A stretch of 64,000 bases of DNA from Escherichia phage KK4. How positions within the stretch are numbered: the first letter of the stretch is position 1; each line of letters opens with the position of its first letter. A program made the translations under genes and the position numbers. The stretch lies in sequence record OR327750.1; one strand, given 5' to 3'. The notes below the pieces were generated by a model. That model had not been told where the DNA came from. It worked only from the letters and a program-made list of their open reading frames with translations, and ran no database searches. This document shows positions 29,516 through 38,473 of the stretch, piece by piece.

Positions 29516-30799
29516 ATGGCTAAAATCAACGAACTTCTGCGCGAATCAACCACAACGAATAGCAACTCAATCGGTCGCCCAAATCTCGTTGCTTTGACTC
29601 GCGCTACCACTAAATTAATATATTCTGACATTGTAGCAACGCAAAGAACTAATCAACCTGTTGCTGCTTTTTATGGTATCAAATACCTTAACCCAGACAA
29701 TGAATTTACATTTAAAACTGGTGCTACTTATGCTGGCGAAGCTGGATATGTAGACCGAGAACAAATCACAGAATTAACAGAAGAGTCTAAATTAACTCTC
29801 AATAAAGGCGATTTATTCAAATATAATAATATCGTTTATAAAGTATTAGAAGATACTCCATTTGCTGATATTGAAGAAAGCGACTTAGAGTTAGCTCTTC
29901 AGATTGCAATTGTTCTTTTAAAGGTTCGTCTATTTTCTGACGCAGCGTCAACAAGCAAATTTGAAAGCTCTGATAGTGAAATTGCGGATGCTAGATTCCA
30001 GATTAATAAATGGCAAACCGCAGTTAAATCTCGTAAACTTAAAACTGGTATCACAGTTGAATTAGCACAAGATTTAGAAGCAAATGGATTCGATGCTCCT
30101 AATTTCTTGGAAGATTTGCTTGCAACTGAAATGGCAGATGAAATCAATAAAGATATTCTGCAGTCTTTGATTACAGTGTCAAAACGCTATAAAGTTACAG
30201 GAATTACTGATACTGGATTCATCGATTTGAGTTATGCATCTGCACCTGAAGCTGGTCGTTCATTATACCGAATGGTATGTGAAATGGTTTCGCATATCCA
30301 AAAAGAATCAACTTATACAGCAACGTTCTGTGTTGCTTCAGCTCGTGCTGCTGCGATTCTTGCTGCATCAGGTTGGTTAAAACATAAACCAGAAGATGAT
30401 AAATATCTTTCACAAAATGCCTATGGGTTCTTAGCTAATGGTTTACCGCTTTATTGCGATACTAACAGCCCATTAGATTATGTAATCGTTGGTGTAGTAG
30501 AAAATATTGGTGAAAAAGAAATTGTTGGATCAATTTTCTATGCTCCGTATACAGAAGGTCTTGACTTAGATGATCCTGAACATGTAGGTGCATTTAAAGT
30601 TGTGGTTGATCCAGAAAGCTTACAACCATCTATCGGTTTATTAGTTAGATATGCTTTATCAGCAAATCCTTATACTGTAGCAAAAGATGAAAAAGAAGCA
30701 AGAGTAATTGACGGTGGAGACATGGATAAAATGGCGGGTCGTTCAGATTTGTCTGTTTTATTAGGTGTTAAACTACCAAAAATTATCATTGATGAATAA
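29516..30799 (+). CDS. 24: capsid vertex protein gp24
   Basis: 427 aa, same as T4 gp24; paralogous to gp23. Confidence 0.95.
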   Translation: MAKINELLRESTTTNSNSIGRPNLVALTRATTKLIYSDIVATQRTNQPVAAFYGIKYLNPDNEFTFKTGATYAGEAGYVDREQITELTEESKLTLNKGDLFKYNNIVYKVLEDTPFADIEESDLELALQIAIVLLKVRLFSDAASTSKFESSDSEIADARFQINKWQTAVKSRKLKTGITVELAQDLEANGFDAPNFLEDLLATEMADEINKDILQSLITVSKRYKVTGITDTGFIDLSYASAPEAGRSLYRMVCEMVSHIQKESTYTATFCVASARAAAILAASGWLKHKPEDDKYLSQNAYGFLANGLPLYCDTNSPLDYVIVGVVENIGEKEIVGSIFYAPYTEGLDLDDPEHVGAFKVVVDPESLQPSIGLLVRYALSANPYTVAKDEKEARVIDGGDMDKMAGRSDLSVLLGVKLPKIIIDE

Positions 30800-30805
30800 A
30801 ACAAA

Positions 30806-30826
30806 GGGACCTTTCGGTCCCTTTTT
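30806..30826. terminator. bidirectional rho-independent terminator between convergent gene 24 and rnlB
   Basis: GGGACC-TTTC-GGTCCC followed by TTTTTATTT on plus strand and preceded by A-rich run (T-rich on minus). Confidence 0.65.
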
Positions 30827-30828
30827 AT

Positions 30829-31833
30829 TTAACTTACCAATTCAATCCAAGCCGGACGAAGTACATCTTGTACCATTTTAACTAATTCCTTTTTAATCAA
30901 AGAAGGATTATCTGCTTGAGTTAGAGTAATACCTTCACGAGAAGTTTCTTCCAAAATATCTTGAACAGTTAGCCCCATCACCTTTCCAAAATCCTTTGGA
31001 CCAATTTCGCCAATTTTAGAAATAACGTTATTTACTCGGTTCAGTGTAACGTAACAAGCTAAAATTCCCACCAATTTGTTATCAGCTTCTGATAGTTCAA
31101 CTTTAGCTTTAATAGGCTTATCAGACTTTTTCTTTTCACTAAATTTGGAATTCTTGCATTTAATTGCTACACGATTTCCATTACGAAGCCAAGAAGGATA
31201 ACAAGGTTTCAATACATATCCTTCAGCGGTAAATACTTCGCCTTTTGCTTCGGCATTCCAAATGCATTTATTTGCATCAACTAATCCGGCATGGTCTACT
31301 GTAAAATTATAATCTTGGACGACAGAATCTAAATCATTTGGCAATTTAATAAGCTCTTCAAATTTACCACGACCTAAAAGTGGAGCCATTTTAAATTTAA
31401 ATGTATTACAGAATGATTCCATCATATAATCGTCGACATAAGTCACATCACCACTTTCTGTAGTGACAATAATGTCAAATACATAAAAATCTTTATCGCC
31501 ATAATCAACATTCTTCTGAATGCCAGGTCCAGCGAATTCGCCAAAGACTTGATAAGATACAACCGCTGAGGTTTCCATAATATCTTGTACTGCTTTAATG
31601 GAATCAGCGTAATTCTTTAGAATAATTTCATACCCAAAGAAATCTTCAGCAGGAAGAATAGGACCAGTGCGTTTAGCGCAAGTTACTTTATCACGCTCAA
31701 TAATCAATGAGAAATTTGTACCATGAATCTTTTCACGAGCTACCCACTCCCCACCAGTCAATCCCAAGCTATAAAGTTTTTCAATAAATTTAGAGTTGTA
31801 ATGATTTTCAAGACTGCTATACTTTTTAAACAT
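30829..31833 (-). CDS. rnlB: RNA ligase 2 (RnlB)
   Basis: 334 aa; nucleotidyltransferase motif I KIHGTN; same length as T4 Rnl2. Confidence 0.9.
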   Translation of the reverse strand: MFKKYSSLENHYNSKFIEKLYSLGLTGGEWVAREKIHGTNFSLIIERDKVTCAKRTGPILPAEDFFGYEIILKNYADSIKAVQDIMETSAVVSYQVFGEFAGPGIQKNVDYGDKDFYVFDIIVTTESGDVTYVDDYMMESFCNTFKFKMAPLLGRGKFEELIKLPNDLDSVVQDYNFTVDHAGLVDANKCIWNAEAKGEVFTAEGYVLKPCYPSWLRNGNRVAIKCKNSKFSEKKKSDKPIKAKVELSEADNKLVGILACYVTLNRVNNVISKIGEIGPKDFGKVMGLTVQDILEETSREGITLTQADNPSLIKKELVKMVQDVLRPAWIELVS

Positions 31834-31842
31834 AATTAATCC

Positions 31843-32121
31843 TCAAAATGTAATTTCCAACCAATCACCATCACGCTGATCACTATTGACTTTAAAGCTA
31901 AATCCTTCTTTTCTCAGCCAATCACCAATTTCTTCAGTAATCAATTTATCGCGAGCAGTACAATAATAACTAAAATATGTTTTACCTTGTTCAGCTGCTT
32001 TATTAGCAAGTTCTGAAAAATCTTTAATAAAACACTCTAGCTTAAACTGTTTACTTTTTAATGCTTTTTCACGTAATTGATTAGCAAAAGATTCATTTTC
32101 ATAAAGATCATACTGTTCCAT
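31843..32121 (-). CDS. hypothetical protein (24.2-like position)
   Basis: 92 aa ORF with ATG start, co-oriented and tightly packed with rnlB. Confidence 0.55.
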   Translation of the reverse strand: MEQYDLYENESFANQLREKALKSKQFKLECFIKDFSELANKAAEQGKTYFSYYCTARDKLITEEIGDWLRKEGFSFKVNSDQRDGDWLEITF

Positions 32122-32323
32122 TTTTCACCTTTTTATTGATATGTCTTTTTCTATAGACAACTTTTTCTCGAGTTTCAAATTTATTCTTAGCAGTCATAGC
32201 TCGAGCCCATAATACAGCCACTTCTTTTGCCTGTAAGTTTAATTCACGAGCAATTTCAATGAATGACTTTCCAGACTCATGAAGAGTAAACACCACAACC
32301 TCAGTTCTCATAATCAATCTCAT
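32108..32323 (-). CDS. hypothetical protein (24.3-like position)
   Basis: 71 aa ORF with ATG start, overlapping the next gene. Confidence 0.5.
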   Translation of the reverse strand: MRLIMRTEVVVFTLHESGKSFIEIARELNLQAKEVAVLWARAMTAKNKFETREKVVYRKRHINKKVKNGTV

Positions 32324-32391
32324 GTTATCGAGTTGGTGCCATTATATACATCATTTTCTGATTGTGTTTTGCGTGCTTTCAAAATGAAGAA

Positions 32392-32407
32392 AGGGGCCGA
32401 AGCCCCT
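32392..32407 (-). terminator. hairpin terminator downstream of hoc
   Basis: AGGGGC-CGAA-GCCCCT perfect 6-bp stem; on the minus strand it is followed by TTCTTCATTTT. Confidence 0.5.
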
Positions 32408-32418
32408 TATGATTATGA

Positions 32419-33837
32419 TTATGGATAGGTATAGATGATACCAGTTTCTAAAGCAGTTTTATGAATGATGTATCCATTACGTGATTCTTGGACATCAACT
32501 TCTGGATAGTCTTTCATCATCTTCTGAAGAGTGTAACGATGCAGGTAGTATTTACTATCTGGATCTTCAGTTTTCCAATCTTTACCTTCTTCAGTCATTT
32601 TTTGGATTTCATCCATAACCCACCAACCGCACCAGATGTAAGCTGAGCTACGGTGTGGAAGAGGATGAACATAAGGTAATTCACCTTCTGGTTCTGGAGC
32701 AACTTTATCGGTTACCTGAACTTGACCTTCTGCCGTAATAGTTTTGCTATCATAATCAGCAGCAGTAACAGTTGCAGTAACTTCAATAGTTTGACTTCCA
32801 ATAGATGAGGTATCAACGGTGTATACATTAGTTGACCCTTCTACAGGAGAAGAATCTTTCTTCCATGAATACGCAATTTGCGCTTCTTCTGGAGCATCAG
32901 TGACATTAGCGGTAAATGTAGCCGAAGCATCTTGCTGGACGTTAATAGAAGGAGGAGTCAATGTAACCTGTGGATTCATTGTCTTCTTATTAACAGTTAA
33001 TGATACTTCATTCGAAGTAACTGTTTTTGCGTCATAATCCGCTGCTGTTACTTGGGCTACGCATTTAATTCTTTTTACTCCACTTGTAGTTGGAGTATAG
33101 TTAAATGTAGAGTTAGTTTCTCCACCAACTTGTGAATCATCTACATACCACTGATACGTAGCAGACGCTCCAACGGGTTGAGAAGCTAAGGCAGCAGTAA
33201 ATTGAACTGGGGTTCCAATTACTCCAGCTGAAGGACTATCGGGAGTTACTGCCAAAGTAGTTGTCTGTGTCTTTTTATTAACAGTCAGTGACACTTCATT
33301 AGAAGTAACGCTTAGTGCATCATAATCTGTCGCAGTTACTTGAGCCACACACTTAATTCTTTTTACCCCGCTTTCGACAGGAGTGTAATTGAATGTAGCA
33401 GAAGTTGCTTCGCCCACAGGAGAATCATCTACATACCATTGATAAGTAGCGTTTGCGCCTGATGGCTGCGAAGCTAAAGCGGCAGTAAATTCAATAGCTG
33501 TTCCGATTACTCCAGCGCCAGGGCTATTAGGAGTTACAGCTAAGGTGGTCGTTTGTGTCTTATTTTGAACTGTGATAGTTGTAGTAGCTTCTGCTGTTTC
33601 AGCATCAGTATCTGGGACTGGGTTTGTTGCAACTACTTTAATAGTCTTTTGACCGGCAGGTCCTTTTAGTACATAACTAAAAGTTGCTTCAGCTCCATCT
33701 TGTGGAACATCATCTACAGTCCAAGCATATGTAATAGGTCCATCTCCAGTTTGACCACTGGGTGTAGCAGTAAACTGCTGAGTCTGATCTATAACTCCAG
33801 TAGGTGTTTTAGGAGTTATATCAACTGTAAAAGCCAT
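32419..33837 (-). CDS. hoc: highly immunogenic outer capsid protein Hoc, four Ig-like domains
   Basis: 472 aa; N-terminal domain and C-terminal capsid-binding region match my memory of T4 Hoc (376 aa); an extra tandem copy of the second Ig-like domain explains the additional ~95 aa. Confidence 0.9.
   Translation of the reverse strand: MAFTVDITPKTPTGVIDQTQQFTATPSGQTGDGPITYAWTVDDVPQDGAEATFSYVLKGPAGQKTIKVVATNPVPDTDAETAEATTTITVQNKTQTTTLAVTPNSPGAGVIGTAIEFTAALASQPSGANATYQWYVDDSPVGEATSATFNYTPVESGVKRIKCVAQVTATDYDALSVTSNEVSLTVNKKTQTTTLAVTPDSPSAGVIGTPVQFTAALASQPVGASATYQWYVDDSQVGGETNSTFNYTPTTSGVKRIKCVAQVTAADYDAKTVTSNEVSLTVNKKTMNPQVTLTPPSINVQQDASATFTANVTDAPEEAQIAYSWKKDSSPVEGSTNVYTVDTSSIGSQTIEVTATVTAADYDSKTITAEGQVQVTDKVAPEPEGELPYVHPLPHRSSAYIWCGWWVMDEIQKMTEEGKDWKTEDPDSKYYLHRYTLQKMMKDYPEVDVQESRNGYIIHKTALETGIIYTYP
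32983..33552 (-). repeat. tandem direct duplication (2 x ~285 bp) encoding two diverged copies of an Ig-like domain within hoc
   Basis: translated units QTTTLAVTPNSPGAG...SLTVNKKT and QTTTLAVTPDSPSAG...SLTVNKKT; about 17 substitutions over ~95 residues by manual alignment. Confidence 0.8.
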
Positions 33838-33846
33838 AAGTTATCC

Positions 33847-34527
33847 TTATTTTAATGTTACGAAAGAAGAATTGCGTGTTTCACGAATTAAAACTGATCC
33901 ATCACGATTAATGTAATAAATTAAGCTAAATAAAGTTTGGTGTGCTGACGCGTGCTCAAAACTTGTTGGGTGAGATTTCCAATCCGGAGTTTCAGCAATC
34001 CATTGATAAATCCACCAAGGAACAGTGCAGAATCCTGGATTTTTTCCAATCAACTGAAGATTCGGACTAAAATTTTCCGGAAGAGTAAATACAGACGGCC
34101 TTTCAGATTCAATAATTTCAGCTACAGCCTGTTCGAATTTTTCTTCAACAAAAGGAGTATCTTCAATCAAAACATCGGTATTTTCAGGAATTTTATCCGT
34201 TTCTACTACTTCAATTTTAATGTCAGATTTAACCGGAGAATCAATCAGAAGTGCTGCTTCTGGATTGACTTCTTCATCGTCATATTTTAATCCCTCTGCG
34301 GCATCAGCAGCATCAATTAGGTCTTTAATAGATAACCCATCAGTCTCTGGCATAGGTTCACTAGCGAGCTTCTGGAGGGCTTCTTCAATATCAACAACGA
34401 TATTATCAAAAGATTTATTCTTTTTGATCTTTATACCAAACTGTTCAGCATATTCAGCTAATTTAGCTTTAGCTTCTTTATTATCATCAAGAGCCTTCAG
34501 CTCTGCAATATAATCTTTATCTATCAT
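33847..34527 (-). CDS. inh: inhibitor of prohead protease (Inh)
   Basis: 226 aa, same as T4 Inh; position between hoc and uvsW. Confidence 0.8.
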   Translation of the reverse strand: MIDKDYIAELKALDDNKEAKAKLAEYAEQFGIKIKKNKSFDNIVVDIEEALQKLASEPMPETDGLSIKDLIDAADAAEGLKYDDEEVNPEAALLIDSPVKSDIKIEVVETDKIPENTDVLIEDTPFVEEKFEQAVAEIIESERPSVFTLPENFSPNLQLIGKNPGFCTVPWWIYQWIAETPDWKSHPTSFEHASAHQTLFSLIYYINRDGSVLIRETRNSSFVTLK

Positions 34528-34540
34528 AATATTTCCTCAG

Positions 34541-34548
34541 TATAAATA
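34541..34548 (+). promoter_or_regulatory. late promoter motif TATAAATA upstream of uvsW
   Basis: exact TATAAATA 30 bp upstream of the uvsW ATG; uvsW is a late gene in T4. Confidence 0.55.
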
Positions 34549-34577
34549 TAGATATATTTATTACATGGTATTTAGAC

Positions 34578-36089
34578 ATGACTGACATTAAAGTACATTT
34601 TTATGATTTTAGTCACGTGAGAATTGATTGTGAAGAAAGTACATTTCATGAACTCCGTGATTTCTTTAGCTTTGAAGCTGATGGGTATCGTTTTAATCCG
34701 AAATACAAATATGGTCACTGGGATGGACGAATCCGTCTTTTAGATTATAATCGTCTTCTTCCATTTGGCTTAGTCGGGCAAATTAAAAAGTTCTGTGATA
34801 ACTTTGGCTATAAAGCCTGGATTGACCCGCAAATTAACGAAAAAGAAGAATTATCAAGAAAAGATTTTGATGAATGGCTTTCTAAATTAGAAATCTATTC
34901 AGGAAATAAAAGAATTGAACCGCACTGGTATCAAAAAGATGCAGTGTTCGAAGGATTAGTTAATCGTCGTAGAATTCTTAATCTTCCAACATCTGCAGGT
35001 AAATCTTTAATTCAAGCTTTGCTTGCGCGATATTATTTGGAAAATTATGAAGGTAAAATTCTTATCATTGTTCCAACAACTGCTCTGACAACTCAGATGG
35101 CTGATGACTTCGTTGACTATCGTTTATTCAGTCATGCAATGATAAAGAAAATTGGCGGCGGAGCATCAAAAGATGATAAATATAAAAATGACGCACCAGT
35201 CGTTGTTGGTACATGGCAAACTGTAGTTAAACAACCGAAAGAATGGTTCTCACAGTTTGGAATGATGATGAATGATGAATGTCATCTTGCTACAGGAAAA
35301 AGTATTTCATCTATCATATCAGGTTTAAATAACTGCATGTTTAAATTTGGTTTGTCTGGTTCATTACGTGATGGCAAAGCTAATATCATGCAGTATGTTG
35401 GAATGTTTGGTGAAATATTTAAGCCAGTAACGACTTCTAAATTAATGGAAGATGGACAAGTAACTGAGCTAAAAATTAATAGTATTTTTCTTCGCTATCC
35501 AGATGAGTTCACTACTAAATTAAAGGGAAAAACTTATCAAGAAGAAATAAAAATTATTACTGGGCTCAGTAAAAGAAATAAATGGATCGCTAAATTAGCT
35601 ATTAAGCTTGCGCAAAAAGATGAAAACGCTTTTGTCATGTTTAAACATGTATCACATGGTAAAGCTATTTTCGATTTAATTAAAAACGAATACGATAAAG
35701 TTTATTACGTATCAGGGGAAGTTGATACCGAAACCCGCAATATAATGAAAACCTTAGCTGAAAATGGTAAAGGAATAATTATAGTAGCTAGTTATGGTGT
35801 ATTTTCTACTGGTATTTCAGTTAAAAATCTGCATCACGTTGTTTTAGCGCACGGTGTTAAATCAAAAATCATTGTATTACAAACAATCGGTCGTGTATTA
35901 CGTAAGCATGGTTCTAAGACAATAGCAACCGTCTGGGACCTCATAGATGATTGTGGTGTTAAGCCAAAATCTGCTAATACGAAAAAGAAATATGTTCATT
36001 TGAACTATCTTTTAAAACACGGCATTGATCGTATTCAGCGCTACGCAGATGAAAAATTTAATTACGTAATGAAAACAGTTAATTTATAA
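34578..36089 (+). CDS. uvsW: UvsW SF2 DNA/RNA helicase
   Basis: 503 aa; Walker A LPTSAGKS, motif II DECH, motif VI QTIGRVLR. Confidence 0.92.
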   Translation: MTDIKVHFYDFSHVRIDCEESTFHELRDFFSFEADGYRFNPKYKYGHWDGRIRLLDYNRLLPFGLVGQIKKFCDNFGYKAWIDPQINEKEELSRKDFDEWLSKLEIYSGNKRIEPHWYQKDAVFEGLVNRRRILNLPTSAGKSLIQALLARYYLENYEGKILIIVPTTALTTQMADDFVDYRLFSHAMIKKIGGGASKDDKYKNDAPVVVGTWQTVVKQPKEWFSQFGMMMNDECHLATGKSISSIISGLNNCMFKFGLSGSLRDGKANIMQYVGMFGEIFKPVTTSKLMEDGQVTELKINSIFLRYPDEFTTKLKGKTYQEEIKIITGLSKRNKWIAKLAIKLAQKDENAFVMFKHVSHGKAIFDLIKNEYDKVYYVSGEVDTETRNIMKTLAENGKGIIIVASYGVFSTGISVKNLHHVVLAHGVKSKIIVLQTIGRVLRKHGSKTIATVWDLIDDCGVKPKSANTKKKYVHLNYLLKHGIDRIQRYADEKFNYVMKTVNL

Positions 36090-36102
36090 GGGCTTCGGCC
36101 CT
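36089..36102 (+). other. UUCG-type tetraloop hairpin between uvsW and uvsW.1
   Basis: AGGGC-TTCG-GCCCT; directly followed by GGAG Shine-Dalgarno of uvsW.1. Confidence 0.4.
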
Positions 36103-36114
36103 TTGGAGAAAAAG

Positions 36115-36345
36115 ATGTTACTAGAATTTAAACAATTTCTTTATGAAGCTTCTATTGATGAATTTATGGGTAAAATTGCCTCTTGTCAAACATTAGAAGG
36201 TTTAGAAGAACTTGAAGCTTATTATAAGAAAAGAGTTAAAGAAACTGAATTAAAAGATACTGATGACATCTCTGTGAGAGATGCTTTGGCAGGAAAAAGA
36301 GCTGAATTAGAAGATTCAGACGATGAAGTAGAAGAAAGCTTTTAA
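36115..36345 (+). CDS. uvsW.1: UvsW.1 small protein
   Basis: ORF-track start 36103 is TTG; ATG at 36115 gives 76 aa, the length I recall for T4 UvsW.1; acidic C-terminus. Confidence 0.7.
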   Translation: MLLEFKQFLYEASIDEFMGKIASCQTLEGLEELEAYYKKRVKETELKDTDDISVRDALAGKRAELEDSDDEVEESF

Positions 36346-36400
36346 ATTAAAAAAGGCCCAACCAAAAAGGAAGGGCCAAAACTATAGACTAAAGGTCACA

Positions 36401-36568
36401 CTATAGCAAAAGTTGTGTTTCATTTAATTGTTCTTCCGAACTTTCTGAAACTGGTAGTTCTTTAATGTAATTATAGCAAGGCCCAGGATGTACAGGACCT
36501 TTGTCTGTTTCAACAACCAATGCAGAATCGATTGGAGTTTTACAGACAACACAAATCTTATCTGACAT
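36401..36568 (-). CDS. small hypothetical protein, 55 aa (uvsY.-2-like position)
   Basis: ATG at 36568 with AGGAGA 6 nt upstream; my manual translation is MSDKICVVCKTPIDSALVVETDKGPVHPGPCYNYIKELPVSESSEEQLNETQLLL; below the ORF-track length cutoff. Confidence 0.45.
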   Translation of the reverse strand: MSDKICVVCKTPIDSALVVETDKGPVHPGPCYNYIKELPVSESSEEQLNETQLLL

Positions 36569-36745
36569 GATTGTCTCCTCTGAATTATATATCTATTTAT
36601 AACCCCATCTTAAAACGCATTTCTTGTACACGCTTTAAACATGCTTCCATTTCTGCTAAAAGTCTAAATACTTCTTTATAATTTGTCATATTTACCCCAT
36701 ATCTCTCATATGCATATCAATGCCCATATCTTTAGAATAAAAATA

Positions 36746-36919
36746 TTAATCAAGATATCCGGCAAATTTTCCTTTAATATAAAGGACATCTTCACCACAC
36801 GGGTGGTCGGCCAGGATACGAATATCCTGACGCTTAAGATTATACTTTTTCATTAAGAATTGAATTTCCGTTTCAAATTCTTCTTCATAATTAAAAGCGT
36901 CATCAATGCTATATCTCAT
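36746..36919 (-). CDS. small hypothetical protein, 57 aa (uvsY.-1-like position)
   Basis: ATG overlaps the uvsY stop codon (TAATG), suggesting translational coupling; my manual translation is MRYSIDDAFNYEEEFETEIQFLMKKYNLKRQDIRILADHPCGEDVLYIKGKFAGYLD. Confidence 0.45.
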   Translation of the reverse strand: MRYSIDDAFNYEEEFETEIQFLMKKYNLKRQDIRILADHPCGEDVLYIKGKFAGYLD

Positions 36920-37332
36920 TATTTTCCAGCCTCAAATGCCCGCATGTCTTGAATATGCTTAATAGCAAATCCACGTGATTTAATAGCATCAAGAGCTCCG
37001 CTACAGAAATCTAATAAAATCCCCCAATATTGTAACGAGGTATCAACCTTTAAAACATCCTTATCAGCTGATAGAACTGTCTTCATTTCTGATTTCTCGT
37101 AACGATCCATACTAAATTCATCACCATCTCCTCGTCCCGAGTAGTAGTCTAATTTAGCTTTAAGAGCAACTTTTTTCTGTGCGTCAATTCTAAGCATTTC
37201 CTTTTTAATACTTGAATGCTTATTAAGCCATTTACTATATAACATCACATTATTAGCTGCTTCATACTGTAATTTAGTCGAATCTATAAACACATCTTTC
37301 TTCAATTCTTCCTGAAGATCTTCTAATCTCAT
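36919..37332 (-). CDS. uvsY: UvsY recombination mediator protein
   Basis: 137 aa, same length as T4 UvsY; sequence recognised. Confidence 0.9.
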   Translation of the reverse strand: MRLEDLQEELKKDVFIDSTKLQYEAANNVMLYSKWLNKHSSIKKEMLRIDAQKKVALKAKLDYYSGRGDGDEFSMDRYEKSEMKTVLSADKDVLKVDTSLQYWGILLDFCSGALDAIKSRGFAIKHIQDMRAFEAGK

Positions 37333-37372
37333 ATTGTTCTCTATTCAATTGTTATTGGATGGACTTAGATTC

Positions 37373-37398
37373 ATTATACCACGTTTTAACGTGAAGCA
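37373..37398 (-). promoter_or_regulatory. candidate MotA-dependent middle promoter for uvsY
   Basis: minus-strand TGCTTCA (MotA-box-like) at 37392-37398, 13-nt spacer, then TATAAT at 37373-37378, about 40 bp upstream of the uvsY ATG. Confidence 0.4.
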
Positions 37399-37797
37399 TT
37401 ATACCCTATTACTGGAAGCCAGTTGCAGTTTTATCTGTTCAATGTCATCGGGGTTATCAATGACCGAAAAGCGTATTTCTACTATCAGAGTATAATCGTC
37501 ATAAACGGGTATCACATTAACTGATAATTTATCAATACGTGGCTCATAGTTTCTTACTGCGCTTTCGATATTGCGCTCAACTGTGTCAGCAGTAAGAGGA
37601 GTCATATTTTCAAAAAGCTGGTCTGATAAATCACATCCAAATTCAGGGTCAAACGGTCTTGAACCTTTTCTGGTTGTAATAATTCCTAAAAGGCTATTTT
37701 TAATTGACCTTAATCCAAGCGATCTGGAAACGTCTTTGTTCCAATCCATTTTCATTTCCGGGTCAATGTCAGAATAAAGCTTATTAATATTTGCCAT
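37399..37797 (-). CDS. 25: baseplate wedge subunit gp25
   Basis: 132 aa, same as T4 gp25; start overlaps gene 26 stop. Confidence 0.9.
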   Translation of the reverse strand: MANINKLYSDIDPEMKMDWNKDVSRSLGLRSIKNSLLGIITTRKGSRPFDPEFGCDLSDQLFENMTPLTADTVERNIESAVRNYEPRIDKLSVNVIPVYDDYTLIVEIRFSVIDNPDDIEQIKLQLASSNRV

Positions 37798-38423
37798 TAT
37801 AGTAACTCAAAGAACTCTTTGAGGCCTCTTATTACGTGAGCATGGGTTTTTCCACACTCTGGACACTTAATTGGAACAGCCAAATAAACGGTAGGTTTTA
37901 AAAGCATATCTTTTATAGCTACAATATCTGACTCTGTGATGATAGAATATAAATCTTCCAGTTCTTTTTCATTTAAGTCTTCAACTGGAATGCTTTCCCC
38001 GTTAGCGTGAATCGTTTCTATACATGATACTATCATGTGGGCTATATTTTTATCATCAAAAATTTTAGGGTATCGGAATTTAATTTTAATGTCACCCAGT
38101 GTATACCAGAGGTCTTCTGGTGCATCTATTTGTGTATGTAATAGATTTATATGGGTTGGTATTTCAGTTCCACAGGTGCACTTCCAGGAGTTTTCGTGAT
38201 TAACTTCGCCGAGAGAATGTGCCCATAAATGAATCAACAATAGTTCTGATTCTTGGCGGTTTAAATCTTTTGCATTTGTGCAGTCTTTGATTAGCTTTTT
38301 AACAATTACTTCTACGGAACCATTATTTTTGGCAGTAATAAGTTCTAGATATTCTTTAAGCGTGAATGCGCGACAATTGATTATTTTAGAACCAACTCTC
38401 ACATCAAATTTGTATTCATACAT
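37797..38423 (-). CDS. 26: baseplate hub subunit gp26
   Basis: 208 aa, same as T4 gp26. Confidence 0.85.
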   Translation of the reverse strand: MYEYKFDVRVGSKIINCRAFTLKEYLELITAKNNGSVEVIVKKLIKDCTNAKDLNRQESELLLIHLWAHSLGEVNHENSWKCTCGTEIPTHINLLHTQIDAPEDLWYTLGDIKIKFRYPKIFDDKNIAHMIVSCIETIHANGESIPVEDLNEKELEDLYSIITESDIVAIKDMLLKPTVYLAVPIKCPECGKTHAHVIRGLKEFFELL

Positions 38424-38444
38424 ATTTAGCTCCTTTATTTATCA

Positions 38445-38452
38445 TATTTATA
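38445..38452 (-). promoter_or_regulatory. late promoter motif TATAAATA (minus strand) upstream of gene 26
   Basis: plus-strand TATTTATA is the reverse complement of TATAAATA; 22 bp upstream of the gene 26 ATG. Confidence 0.45.
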
Positions 38453-38456
38453 AATA
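38449..38456 (+). promoter_or_regulatory. late promoter motif TATAAATA (plus strand) upstream of gene 51
   Basis: exact TATAAATA 18 bp upstream of the gene 51 ATG; overlaps the minus-strand motif. Confidence 0.5.
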
Positions 38457-38473
38457 GAATAAAAGGAGCATCT

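Noticed and set aside
33952-34513. Two plus-strand ORFs (112 and 97 aa) inside inh
   Set aside because: Antisense to inh; low-complexity translations; no start signals.
36103-36114. ORF-track start codons at 3196, 12826, 24120, 36103, 52469, 53562, 57881 and 62512
   Set aside because: These are TTG or GTG codons chosen by the six-frame tool; in each case a downstream ATG with a Shine-Dalgarno sequence or a match to the T4 N-terminus is the more likely start.
36597-36689. 30-aa minus-strand ORF between the two small uvsY-proximal ORFs
   Set aside because: Too short and without a clear ribosome-binding site to call as a gene; mentioned only as a possibility.
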